A stretch of DNA of 64,000 nt from Myxococcota bacterium (GTDB taxonomy: Bacteria; Myxococcota; XYA12-FULL-58-9; JALHOP01), in NCBI GenBank assembly GCA_041288095.1, contig JBGGMJ010000187.1, positions 32,829-96,828 of the forward strand, given 5' to 3'. The notes under the pieces were generated by a model. The model was not told the DNA's origin. It searched no databases and was given only the letters and a program-made list of their open reading frames with translations. Positions 18,503 through 28,600 of the stretch are shown in pieces (the first letter of the stretch is position 1; the number at the start of each line of letters is the position of its first letter). A program made the position numbers and the translations under genes.

Positions 18503-20362
18503 ATGCTGCTCCTCCTCGCGCTCCTCGCGACTCCCTTGACCGACGACCCCTTCGACGCCTTGCGACGCCGAGAAGTGGCGCGCATCGCCGCGGGCACGCC
18601 GGTGGACGATGAAAGTCTCGCGGAGGCGTTTCGCACCGCTGGCACGAACAACGACGCACTCATGCACTTGGCCGCTCGCATCGTGGCGATCGGTGACCGC
18701 GAGCCCGAGCGCGCCATGCGTTGGGTGACCAAGCTCCCGAACAAGGGGAACGACATCCCGCGCAGGCGCGCCACCGAGCATCTGTTCCGACGCTGGGTGC
18801 GACGTGACGCGCAGCCCGCGGCCGGTGCCGCGCTGCAGTTTTGGCGTGACGGCCAAGGACACCCAGTGAGCGATCTCTTGCACGAGTGGGCAAGCGTTGC
18901 GCCGCGCGACAGTATCGCCTGGGTGCGGGCCTTGGACGACCGGGAGCGCACGCAGCTTGCCGCTTACGAGCAGCTCCTCGGCGTGTTGCCGTCAGTCGAC
19001 CACCGGCTTGCCCTCGAGCTCGCCGAGGTCGTGCCGGAGCGCTACGGTTCCGCGCTCATCGGCGCCTACAGTCAGATCCTGCCGGCCCTCGTGGCGACTG
19101 ACGTCGAGGCGGCGCTCGCCGCCTACGCGCGCTACGAGGCGCGTGCGCCTGCCAACGCCGCGCGGTGCGTAGCCGCAATGGTGCGTGCGTGGAGCGCGCG
19201 CGAGCCCCAGAAGGCCGTCGCCTTCGCCGAGAGCAAGCTCACCCCCGACGATCCGGGCCGCTACCTGGCGCTGCATGGGATCGCCACCACGTGGGCCACG
19301 AAAGATCCGCGAGCCGCGGCTAACCTGTCGCTGCGCGCCGTCCTCGAGCAGCGACAGAACCGAGCCTTCGATCACGACGACAACCATCACCGCCCCAGGC
19401 AGGACCCGCTCGCCGACATCGTCACAGGCTGGGCGAAAGCCAAACGCTCCGCCGCGGTGGCTTGGGTCGAGAAAATAGAGGAGGCCGATCTGCGCGAGCA
19501 TCTGCAGCAGGTCCTCGGCGTCCAGCGCCCGAAAACAGCTCCGCCGCCAAAACCGCAACCCAGTCGCGACATCGGCAAGGCGAACACGCCGTCCGCGATC
19601 AAGTACGGTCTCATCGACTACTACCCCGACTTCTTCTACTGCGACCCCGATATGTGGCCCGTGCACGACTCTGCTGGTGAGCAGAGTCGCGCGCTCGCGG
19701 CGCTTCCAAGCATCGCCGCCGACGCCGCGCACTACGCCGCGGTCCTCGAGCGGCTGGGCGCAACGCAGCAGCCGAATCCCGGGCCCGAGCAAAAACTGAA
19801 GGTCTACCGCGAGCACAAGAAGCTCGAAGCGGTGAAGCTCGAGTCGACGCCCACCGGTTACCGCTACGAGCTCAACCTCAGCAATGCCGTGGTGCAGGGC
19901 AACGTCGAGCAAGCGACGATCACCGAGACCAACCGCAGGCGGCAGTTCAACAGCTGCCCCCGATGCCTCGCCGCCACGACGCGCATCGCCACACCGACCG
20001 GCGCCGTGCCCGTGACGCAGCTACGCGCCGGGAGCCTGGTGTGGACACGCAATGCGGCCGGGGCGCGGGTCGCCGCGCCGGTCTTGCGACTAGCCAGTAC
20101 ACCGGCGCCGCGCGACCACGTCATGATCCTGCTCGTGCTCAGCGACGGCCGCACCGTCGCTGCTTCGCCCAACCATCCGCTAGCCGACGGTCGGAGCATG
20201 GGTAACCTGCGGGCCGGGCACGAGGTTGACGGCGCGGTGATCACATCGGTTACGTTCGTAGCGTACGACAGCAGCGCGACGTACGACGTGCTGCCGGCGG
20301 GCGACACCGGCGTGTACTGGGCCGACGGCGTCCCGCTCGCGACTACGCTCGTCGAGCGTTAG
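18503..20362 (+). CDS. Exported protein with helical repeats and C-terminal Hint (Hedgehog/intein-like) domain
   Basis: W...DPxAA helical repeats; Hint from Cys at 19964: CLAATTRIATPTGAVPVTQLRAGSLVWT, DGRTVAASPNHP, TYDV..GVYWADG. Confidence 0.85.
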   Translation: MLLLLALLATPLTDDPFDALRRREVARIAAGTPVDDESLAEAFRTAGTNNDALMHLAARIVAIGDREPERAMRWVTKLPNKGNDIPRRRATEHLFRRWVRRDAQPAAGAALQFWRDGQGHPVSDLLHEWASVAPRDSIAWVRALDDRERTQLAAYEQLLGVLPSVDHRLALELAEVVPERYGSALIGAYSQILPALVATDVEAALAAYARYEARAPANAARCVAAMVRAWSAREPQKAVAFAESKLTPDDPGRYLALHGIATTWATKDPRAAANLSLRAVLEQRQNRAFDHDDNHHRPRQDPLADIVTGWAKAKRSAAVAWVEKIEEADLREHLQQVLGVQRPKTAPPPKPQPSRDIGKANTPSAIKYGLIDYYPDFFYCDPDMWPVHDSAGEQSRALAALPSIAADAAHYAAVLERLGATQQPNPGPEQKLKVYREHKKLEAVKLESTPTGYRYELNLSNAVVQGNVEQATITETNRRRQFNSCPRCLAATTRIATPTGAVPVTQLRAGSLVWTRNAAGARVAAPVLRLASTPAPRDHVMILLVLSDGRTVAASPNHPLADGRSMGNLRAGHEVDGAVITSVTFVAYDSSATYDVLPAGDTGVYWADGVPLATTLVER

Positions 20363-20367
20363 TTGGT

Positions 20368-20949
20368 CTACTGCGCAACCAGCTGCGCCACATCATCGAA
20401 GTGGTGCGCCTCGAGCGCGCCGCGGCGCACGCACCGTACTTTCCCGTTCGGATCAACGAAGATGTGGATGGGAATAGACGCCGCGCTATCGAGCCCCAGC
20501 ATCGTGAGCCACGGAGTGAGCGCGTCCATGGCACGAACGCGTGGCCCACGGCCGACCCCGTTGGTCTCGCGGAACGCCGCCACAGCCGCGGCGTCGTCGT
20601 CGACCGAGAGATAAACGAGATCGACCGCCTTCCCCTGTTGCCCGAGGCGCTGCCGCCATCGCTCGAGTAGAGGCATCTCCGCGACACACGGTGCGCACCA
20701 AGTCGCCCACACGTTGATCCAACGCCACGCGCGACTCGGCGTCGGCGCGGGCTCGGCGAGCTCCGGGTAGCTGAAGCTGGGTGCCTCGGCACCTTCGCTG
20801 TGCACGTCGCAGAAGTCCGCGGTAACGGATTTCTTGGTGGTGGCGGCGGCCACGGCGTCCACACGGCGCGACGGGGCTTGCGGAGCAGTCCCAGGCGCGT
20901 CGCAGGCGGCAAGCGCCACGGCAAGGATCAAAGGCGGCAGTCGATCCAC
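20368..20949 (-). CDS. TlpA-family thiol-disulfide oxidoreductase lipoprotein
   Basis: GTG start at 20949; lipobox LAAC; INVWATWCAPCVAEMP; SIPIHIFVDPNG. Confidence 0.9.
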   Translation of the reverse strand: MDRLPPLILAVALAACDAPGTAPQAPSRRVDAVAAATTKKSVTADFCDVHSEGAEAPSFSYPELAEPAPTPSRAWRWINVWATWCAPCVAEMPLLERWRQRLGQQGKAVDLVYLSVDDDAAAVAAFRETNGVGRGPRVRAMDALTPWLTMLGLDSAASIPIHIFVDPNGKVRCVRRGALEAHHFDDVAQLVAQ

Positions 20950-21620
20950 GCGATGAAAGCCCCCCGGTTGATGTCGGCGGCGCCGCAGCTCTCGGAGCTG
21001 CCGCTGCGCTTCCAGCCGCAGAACTTCTCCTCGAGTTGCGCGAACTCCTCGCCTAGCCATAACAGGCCAACCTCTTTCTCCAGGTCGGGGTCATCGACCT
21101 TGCTGGTCAGGTGGCTCAGCACGGCGTTGGCGCGCGCCTTGGAAAGCTCACGGTTGTAGGTCACGGCGCCCTCCGGCGACGAGCGCGCGACCACGAAGAA
21201 GTAGCTGGCACCCCGTTGGTCCGCGAAGGCCTGGTCGAGCAGTTGCTCGTCGTCGGCATCGAGCTCGGACTTGCCCGCGTCGAACTGAATGATGCCGCCA
21301 CGCTCACGCATCGGCTCGAACAAGGCATTGAAGTCGGCGCCGCTCACGGTGGCCAAGGTCTTGGCCTCCAGAGGCTGGCAACCGCGCGTGCCTTCGCGCC
21401 CGAGGAGGCCGCAGCTCTGAAGGACGCGCCGCAAGATCTTCTTGAGCTCGGGGTTGCAGTAGTTGGCGTCGCTCGCCGCCGCCACAGCCACCCCGTTCTT
21501 GGGCTCTGATGCAGGCGCTTGGGCCAGACGCGCTTTGGCGGAGCTCACCCAAATGAGGACCAGCGCTATGGGGACGACCAAACACGCGACGAGTGGAGCG
21601 AGCCGGACAGAGCGTGTCAT
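20928..21620 (-). CDS. Membrane-anchored OmpA-C-like domain protein, Cys-containing
   Basis: N-terminal TM; IQFDAGKSEL...SPEG...YNRELSKARANAV; five Cys in the soluble domain. Confidence 0.75.
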   Translation of the reverse strand: MTRSVRLAPLVACLVVPIALVLIWVSSAKARLAQAPASEPKNGVAVAAASDANYCNPELKKILRRVLQSCGLLGREGTRGCQPLEAKTLATVSGADFNALFEPMRERGGIIQFDAGKSELDADDEQLLDQAFADQRGASYFFVVARSSPEGAVTYNRELSKARANAVLSHLTSKVDDPDLEKEVGLLWLGEEFAQLEEKFCGWKRSGSSESCGAADINRGAFIAWIDCRL

Positions 21621-23080
21621 GGGGCCTCCCCGTTTTCTTTCGGCGCGGGCCCCGGGACCTGGTCGGGCTGGGGCGAAGGCGCGGGGGCGGCTACCTCGGT
21701 GTCGTCACTCGGCGCGTCCGCTTCAGCGGATCCTACGAGCTCGGGCTCGGGCACGGCGGCAGCGGCTTTGGCCCGCGCGGCCGCCTCGGCGAGCGGCTGC
21801 GTGTCGGGGAAATTCGGAGGCTCGGGCTTCACCTTCGGGATGGGGAGTGTGCCCTTGGCGTGCATATCGAGCATCGTCGTCAGCGCGTAGTCGAGGCCGA
21901 GGTCGACGTCTTGGTCGCACAGCTTGACCCCCTCGACGTAGAACTGCGGGGTCAACACCTGCATTTGGTTCTTCACCGCCCACCGCAACGACTTGTTCAA
22001 GCGGGTACGCACCGCGGCCGAGCCGATGCAGTTGCGCAAGCGTGGAAACGCGGCGCCCGCCATACGGGCGGCGGCATTCGTGTCCTTGGCCGCCGCTTCC
22101 TTGATCGCATCTTGGTGCTCGAAAGCCCAGGCGACCACCGCCGGTGCCTGATCCCCGGCGCAGAGCACGGCCTCGCTGACGGCGCAGGCGCCCGGATGCA
22201 CGGCGCTGCCCACCATCCAGTTGCAGGTGTTGTCGAGCGGGAACAAGAGGCCTTGCCGGGAGAAGCGCGTCGCGAGCCCGGAAGCGCCGAAGCGCTCTTC
22301 GAAGGCGCGGCACGACGGGCAGAGTGGATCGAGCACCTCGATAGCGGACACGGCGGAGGGTGAGCCCCCGAGCGGGACCATCACTTTGTACGAGTCTTGG
22401 GGCCAATCGAGCGCGCCGCAGCTCGCGACGCGTTCGCGATGGTCGGGGACGACGAGCACATAGGCGAGTGTCGGCAGCGCGACGAAGGCGACGCCAAGCG
22501 CGAACATCCACCAGAGAGCCGGTGTGACCGGCGGCTCGGGCCGGGACGACTGCCAGTCTTCGGCCTCAGCGGCGGAGGCTGACCGCCGCGCCAGCGCCTC
22601 GCGCCACAGCAAGACCGCGCCGCCCAAGCCGACGGCGCTCGAGACGTAAATGCCAATGCACAACTTGCACGCCGCCCCGAGCGTGGCGAACGAGATGATG
22701 CCCATGAGCACCGACATGAGCGCGGGCAGTGCGAAGCCGAGAGCCAAGAAGCCCGTCGCCTTGCGATCCGCGTGGCGTCGCGACAAGCCGATCTCGAGGG
22801 TCCAGAAGAGCAAGAACGCGAAGACCCCCATCGCGGGCAGCGAGATCGGCACCCCACCCCACAGCGCCGTGCGAAACACCGACGAGTAGGGGCTCATCAT
22901 CGTGACCTGACAGCCCGAGCTGCCGCTCGCGTCGGCGGCAGCGAGGCCCGGCACGAACGAGCAGTGAATTGCGTGCACCTCGCGGTCCAAGTGCTGCGCG
23001 AAGTCGTAGGTGGCGAACGACGCGAAAGCGAAGCCGAGAAGCGCGGCCAAGCCAACCGCGAGGAGATAGCGATGGCGCAA
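21617..23080 (-). CDS. VKOR-family disulfide-formation protein fused to a DsbA/thioredoxin-like domain
   Basis: TTG start with GGGGAAG SD; loop cysteines HCSF..GCQV, SPYS..GVPISL, TM CKLC; then DPLCPSC and TPQFYVEG. Confidence 0.85.
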   Translation of the reverse strand: MRHRYLLAVGLAALLGFAFASFATYDFAQHLDREVHAIHCSFVPGLAAADASGSSGCQVTMMSPYSSVFRTALWGGVPISLPAMGVFAFLLFWTLEIGLSRRHADRKATGFLALGFALPALMSVLMGIISFATLGAACKLCIGIYVSSAVGLGGAVLLWREALARRSASAAEAEDWQSSRPEPPVTPALWWMFALGVAFVALPTLAYVLVVPDHRERVASCGALDWPQDSYKVMVPLGGSPSAVSAIEVLDPLCPSCRAFEERFGASGLATRFSRQGLLFPLDNTCNWMVGSAVHPGACAVSEAVLCAGDQAPAVVAWAFEHQDAIKEAAAKDTNAAARMAGAAFPRLRNCIGSAAVRTRLNKSLRWAVKNQMQVLTPQFYVEGVKLCDQDVDLGLDYALTTMLDMHAKGTLPIPKVKPEPPNFPDTQPLAEAAARAKAAAAVPEPELVGSAEADAPSDDTEVAAPAPSPQPDQVPGPAPKENGEAP

Positions 23081-23166
23081 GGTCTTCCCCCGGTGGGTGT
23101 TGAAGCCAATCGTCCCCGAAAACGGACGTGCCGGCAACAAAGCCTCAATCGCGTTATGCTGCACCT

Positions 23167-25065
23167 ATGCTTCGGTTCGTTTTCCAGTGGGTCTTCTGGC
23201 TCTCGGTCGGCCTGGCGCTTGCCGAGGGCGCCCTTTGGCTCCGTGACGACGGCGCGTTCCCGCACCTGAATATCTACGTCGAGGATGCCGAGCTCGGCGT
23301 GCGCTTGCGGCCGGGAGCGACTCAGCGTGTCCGCTTTGGCGGCGGCCCGACGACGCGCGTGCGTATCAACACGCACGGCTACCGCGGCGCCGAATGGCCG
23401 GCGGACCTTCGCGACGCCATTGCCGTGCTGGGCGATTCACAGGTGTTCGGCTTGGGCGTCGACGAGGCCGAGACATTCAGCGCCCGCCTCGCCGGGCTCT
23501 CCGGCCGCACGGTGCTCAACGCCGGCGTGCCCACTCTCGGTCCGCCCGAGATGCTGCGGATCGCGCGCGAGCTCGTCGCAACCCAGAAGCCCCGCACCTT
23601 GATCTTGACCATCAACCTGGCCAACGACCTCTTCGAGATCCGTCGGCCAAACCGCGAGCGACACCGCGTGTGGGACGGCTGGGCGGTACGTGTCGAGACG
23701 GCGCCGGAGACCACGATCCCGTTCCCTGGGCGCGACATCCTCACGACCAAGTCCCACTTCATCTACGCGGTGCGGCAGCTGAGCTACGAGAAGAAGGCCG
23801 CAAAGGCCGCCCCCTTGTCGCTGCCCTCCGAGGGCTCTTGGAGGGATCTGCTGGCGCTCGAGACCCCGAGCGCCGATGCACCGGCGACGCCGCCACCCGC
23901 GCAGGCGGAGCGCGGCAACCCAGTCGACATCGTCGCCGCGTCTCTCATCGGCGAGGCAGCGCGCTCGCCTGAGCTCTCCGCCTTCCAGCTGCAGCGCGCG
24001 TTACACGCCCCGCACGCTCATCCGCTATCGCCACTCGATGGCATCCTCGGCGACATCGTCAAGCTATGCCGCCCTCCGAGCTGCGAGCCGATGCTCGTGG
24101 TGCTGCCGTTCGATCTGCAGGTGTCACCCGACGAGTGGCGCAAATACGAGCTCGAGCCGCACAACCTCGACGACCTTCAGCCGCTCACCGATCAGCTCGT
24201 GCGGAGCGCCATCGCTTACGGCATCCGCGCCGTCGATGCGACGCCGATACTACGCGCTAGCGAGCCTGGCGCGTTCTTGAGCCGCTCCATCCATCTGACA
24301 CCCAAGGGTCACGCGGCGGTGGCTGGCGCAATTCACGACGCGCTCGCCGAGCCCGCACCGCTTCCGCGGTCGACCGGAGCGCTTCCCGAGGGTCGCACTC
24401 GGGCGCCTACCCTGGAGAAGCTCCGCGGCGCCGCCGCAATCGTCATTCGCGGAGCGGGCAAGAGCGGCTGCGAAGCGGTCCAGGTGGACGAATGGCTGCG
24501 CGTACGATGCCGGCGCGGACCGCGCAACGTGCCGCGCCGCATCGCCGTCGTCACCGGGAGCAGCGACGCCTTCATCAACGTCGCGAGCGAGGCCATGAGC
24601 ATCGTCACTCCCGTGCTCGCCGGCGCGCCGCTCACCGTCGACCTGGCCTGGGCGGATCACACGCAACGCTTGCAGGCAACGCGCGGCGCGAACGGCAAGA
24701 TCTCCGCTGGCCTCACTCCGCCAAAGCGGGCAGTGGCGGCGGCGCTCCCCGCGAGCTCCGAGCAGGAGATGCTCTGCGCCTGTGCGCGTCTGGTGACCCC
24801 GGCCAACGACTGCGGTGACCTCCACGGATCGACGCGCCCTCACTGCTTTACGACCTACCCCGTCAAGCAGCCCGAGCTCGAAGCCTGTCAGCATCTCCTC
24901 GCGTGTGCCCAGGGCGCTCCCGAAAGCCCACCATCGTGCCCCGACGGCTACACCATCGCGGGCGGCACCCGTCAGTGTTTTCCTCAGTGCAGCGAGGCTG
25001 TTCCGTGCAAGTTAGGGCAATGCGTACCCTGGCCGGGGACCCAGGTTTGCATGGGCCACCAATGA
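23167..25065 (+). CDS. SGNH/GDSL hydrolase-like (AlgX/AlgJ-like) protein with Cys-rich C-terminus
   Basis: INTHGYRG, VLGDSQVFG, NAGVP, NLAND, IHLTPKGH. Confidence 0.8.
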   Translation: MLRFVFQWVFWLSVGLALAEGALWLRDDGAFPHLNIYVEDAELGVRLRPGATQRVRFGGGPTTRVRINTHGYRGAEWPADLRDAIAVLGDSQVFGLGVDEAETFSARLAGLSGRTVLNAGVPTLGPPEMLRIARELVATQKPRTLILTINLANDLFEIRRPNRERHRVWDGWAVRVETAPETTIPFPGRDILTTKSHFIYAVRQLSYEKKAAKAAPLSLPSEGSWRDLLALETPSADAPATPPPAQAERGNPVDIVAASLIGEAARSPELSAFQLQRALHAPHAHPLSPLDGILGDIVKLCRPPSCEPMLVVLPFDLQVSPDEWRKYELEPHNLDDLQPLTDQLVRSAIAYGIRAVDATPILRASEPGAFLSRSIHLTPKGHAAVAGAIHDALAEPAPLPRSTGALPEGRTRAPTLEKLRGAAAIVIRGAGKSGCEAVQVDEWLRVRCRRGPRNVPRRIAVVTGSSDAFINVASEAMSIVTPVLAGAPLTVDLAWADHTQRLQATRGANGKISAGLTPPKRAVAAALPASSEQEMLCACARLVTPANDCGDLHGSTRPHCFTTYPVKQPELEACQHLLACAQGAPESPPSCPDGYTIAGGTRQCFPQCSEAVPCKLGQCVPWPGTQVCMGHQ

Positions 25066-25614
25066 TTAGTGCCCCAGCAAGAGCTCCCGCTCCGCGAGGC
25101 CCAAGCCCATACGCGTAACTTCCCACGCGACGATGATGTCGCGCAGTTGCGCCGCCTCGGTCTTGAGCTTCTTCGAGCGGCGGCCAAGGTATTCGGCGAC
25201 GAAGCCGTCGAGCTTGTGCGCCAAGAACGCACTGGCAAGGACCGTCTTGGCATCATCGATGTACTCGGTGAAACGCATGCCGAAGCCGGACTTCAACTTG
25301 GACGAAGGCCGGCGCTCGTCGATACGCACCTCGCGGACGATCATCCCCCGCACCCGCACCATCCGATCGTCACCGGGCATCTGGAACTCGAGGTCGAGCA
25401 CCGTGCCCGTCTTCAGAAAGAAATCGGAGGCGAAGAAGATACCTGTGAGGCTGATGTCGGTGGTGTAGATCCGAGCGCTGAACTCACGGTCGCGAGTCTG
25501 CACGCGGAGCTGCACCGGGACGCTTTGCTCGACGCGCGGAAACCTTCGTTTGTCTTCTTTGCGTGGTGCCACGGCTCGGGAGCCTCCGTCTTCACCAACC
25601 GCTAACGCATCCAT
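25066..25614 (-). CDS. PilZ domain protein
   Basis: KRRFPR (RxxxR), DISLTG (DxSxxG), GFGMRF. Confidence 0.88.
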   Translation of the reverse strand: MDALAVGEDGGSRAVAPRKEDKRRFPRVEQSVPVQLRVQTRDREFSARIYTTDISLTGIFFASDFFLKTGTVLDLEFQMPGDDRMVRVRGMIVREVRIDERRPSSKLKSGFGMRFTEYIDDAKTVLASAFLAHKLDGFVAEYLGRRSKKLKTEAAQLRDIIVAWEVTRMGLGLAERELLLGH

Positions 25615-25650
25615 CAATCGCGGCGCAATGGCGATCTCGAGCCGTCGCTC

Positions 25651-28600
25651 TCACGTCGCCTCGTCGCCGTCGGTGGCGCTCGAGCACTGCTCCTCGGCGG
25701 GATAGTCGACGACGCCGTCGTCGTCGTTGTCGAGGTCGTCATCGCAGACGTGCGCCGGACCGCGCTCGCTCACGTCGTAGAAGCCCGTGCAGCCCGCGTC
25801 GCCGCTCGACGAGCGGAAGTCGGGCGTGCCGTCGCCGTCGTTGTCCAGACCGTCATCGCAGGGCAACCCTGATGCGGTCTCGCTGTCGTCCGTCGAGCCG
25901 TCGAGGCAGCCTGGGTCGCCGCTTGCCCCGCCGAAGTCCACACGGCCGTCACCGTCGTCGTCGATGCCGTTGTCGCAGAGCAAACACCCCAAGGTACCCG
26001 GGACGCAGCGTTCGTTGCCGTCCGCGAGTGAGGTGCATCCTGGGTCGCCGACGTTCGGATTGATGTTGAAGTCGACGCGGCCGTCGCCATCGTTGTCGAT
26101 GCCGTCGTCACACACGCTCGAGCCCCGCTCACTAGTGTCACTGGAGCTCGAACAGCCGGGGTCCCCAGCCACACCCCCAGAGTCGATGAGGCCGTCGCCA
26201 TCGTCATCGACGTTGTTGTTGCAGGCCGCTTGTCCGCCGTTCTCGCTGGCGTCGCTGGGACCGACGCATTGGGGATCGCCGCTGCCGTTCACCACGTAGT
26301 CTTTCAAGCCGTCTTGTTGACCTTCGTTATCAGCGTTGTCGTCGCAAGCTGGGCATCCGGTAGTGCCCCGCACACAGCGCTCGCTGTCGTCCCCGGGCCC
26401 ATCGCAGCCTGGATCGTGAGCGCCTGCGCTGAAGTCGATGACTCCATCACTGTCGTTGTCGATGCCGTCGTCGCATGCCGTCGACCCACGCTCGCTGATG
26501 TCGCCCGGGCTGCCGCAGCCAGGGTCCGTGAGCGCCGTATCGACCACGCCACCGGCGGTCACGTGGACGTCGGCGCGACCGTCGTTGTCGTTGTCGAGGC
26601 CGTCATCGCACATGAAACCATTTTGACGCTCACTCGCGTCGCTTGGATCCATACATCCAGGATCGGAGAGCACCGCGTCGACCACACCGGCGGTCACGCG
26701 AAAATCGGCGCGGCCGTCGGCGTCGTTGTCTTGCCCGTCGTCGCACTCGTTGGCGCCACGCTCGCTGTCGTCGCCGGGTCCACTGCATCCCGGGTCGGAC
26801 AACGCCGGGTTCACGTTGTAGTCGCTTCGGCCATCATTGTCGTCGTCGGTGCCGTTGTCGCAGGCCGGACAACCGACACCAGGCGCGCACTTTTCGCTAG
26901 CATCCGGATCGGCCGGCGAAGCGCAGCCGGGATCGCCGCCGCCGATTGCCGAGAAGCCGACGAGCCCGTCGCGATCGTCATCCACTCCGTTATCACAGAC
27001 AAGTGTCGGCTCGCGCTCGCTCAGATCCGCGAGGCTCGTGCAACCTGGGTCCCCGTTTCCGTCGTCGCGAAAATCGGCGCGGCCGTCGCCGTCGTTGTCG
27101 ATGCCATCGGCGCAGGCTGAATAGCCCGTCTCGTCAATGTCCACGGCGCTCGTACACTGCGGGTCGCCGCTCGCGTCGAGTCGGAAGTCGATCGCGCCGT
27201 CGGGAATGGCCTCGTTGTCGATGCCGTCGTCGCACGCGGCGCAGCCGACGCCCGGCGTGCAGCGCTCGCCATCATCGATGGGGCTCGAGCAACCAAGATC
27301 GCCGGTGCCGTCGAGACGGAAGTCCCGGGAGCCGTCACCGTCGTCGTCGACTCCGTTGTCGCAGACCGCGCAGCTCGGCTCACCGCAGCGTTCGCTAGCG
27401 GCGATGAGCGACGTGCAGCCGGGATCGCCGCCGCTCGCGCGGAAGTCCTTGAGCCCATCGTTGTCCTCGTCGATGCCGTTATCGCAGACTTGATCCGGGG
27501 TCCCTACCTCGCTCGCGTCGCTCAAGCTTACGCAGCCGGGATCACCAGAGGTACCATCGTCGATGAAGTCGGCTCGACCGTCACCATCGTCGTCGACGCC
27601 GTTGTCGCAGACATCGACGCCGCGCTCGGCGGTCGCGGACGTCGGCAGGTTGTCGCGTGGGCTCGTACAGCCGGCGTCGCCGCTGCCGTCGCTTTGGTAG
27701 TCGGTGCGCCCGTCGCCGTCGTTGTCGATACCGTCGTCACAGACATCGTTTCCGAGCTCGGACGGGTCCGATGGGCTATCGCAACCGGGATCGCTGCCGG
27801 CCGCCGGCGAGCCCAGACCACCGTCGACATAGTCGGCGATGCCGTCCCCGTCGTCGTCCAGGCCATCGTCGCAGGCCAGAGTGCCGCGCTCATTGGCGTC
27901 GGTCGATGTCGAGCATCCCGGATCGTTGACGTCGACTAGACCGTCGGCGTCGTTATCCGAGCCATCGCTGCAGGCCGGGAGTCCGCCTTCGTCGTTATCG
28001 TTCGGTCCAGTGCATTCGGGATCACCGATGTCGTCAAGGCGCGCATCGATCAAGCCGTCCGCGTCGGCGTTGTCGATACCGTCGTCGCACAAGGGGCAGC
28101 CCAAACCTGGATCGCATCTTTCGCTGCCGTCCGTCGGGCCGCCGCAACCTGGGTCGCTGACCTGGTCATCGACGTTGAAATCGCCGCGACCATCGCTGTC
28201 GTCATCGAAGCCGTTGTCACAAGCGAAGCCGCCGCGCTCGGACAGATCGAGCAACGAGTCACAGCCCTGATCGCCCATGCCGGCGGGATGGAAGTCGGCG
28301 AGGCCGTCGTTATCGTTGTCGTTGCCGTCGTCGCAGACGCGCGAGCCGCGTTCGTTGTCGTCGAACGGAGAGTCGCAGCCCGGGTCGATGAGAGTCGCGT
28401 TGACGTTGAAGTCGTGGCGGCCGTCGTCGTCGTTGTCGATGCCGTCGTCGCAAGCGAGCGCGCCACGCTCCGATGAGTCGAGCACGGTGCCACACCCGGG
28501 GTCACCCCTGCCGTCGATGGCGAAGTCGGACCGTCCGTCGCCGTCGTTGTCGACTCCGTCATCGCAGACAACCGTGCCGCGCTCGCTGGTATCGCTGGGA

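Noticed and set aside
19964..20362. Hint domain as a mobile splicing intein
   Set aside because: No terminal His-Asn, no C-extein and no homing endonuclease.
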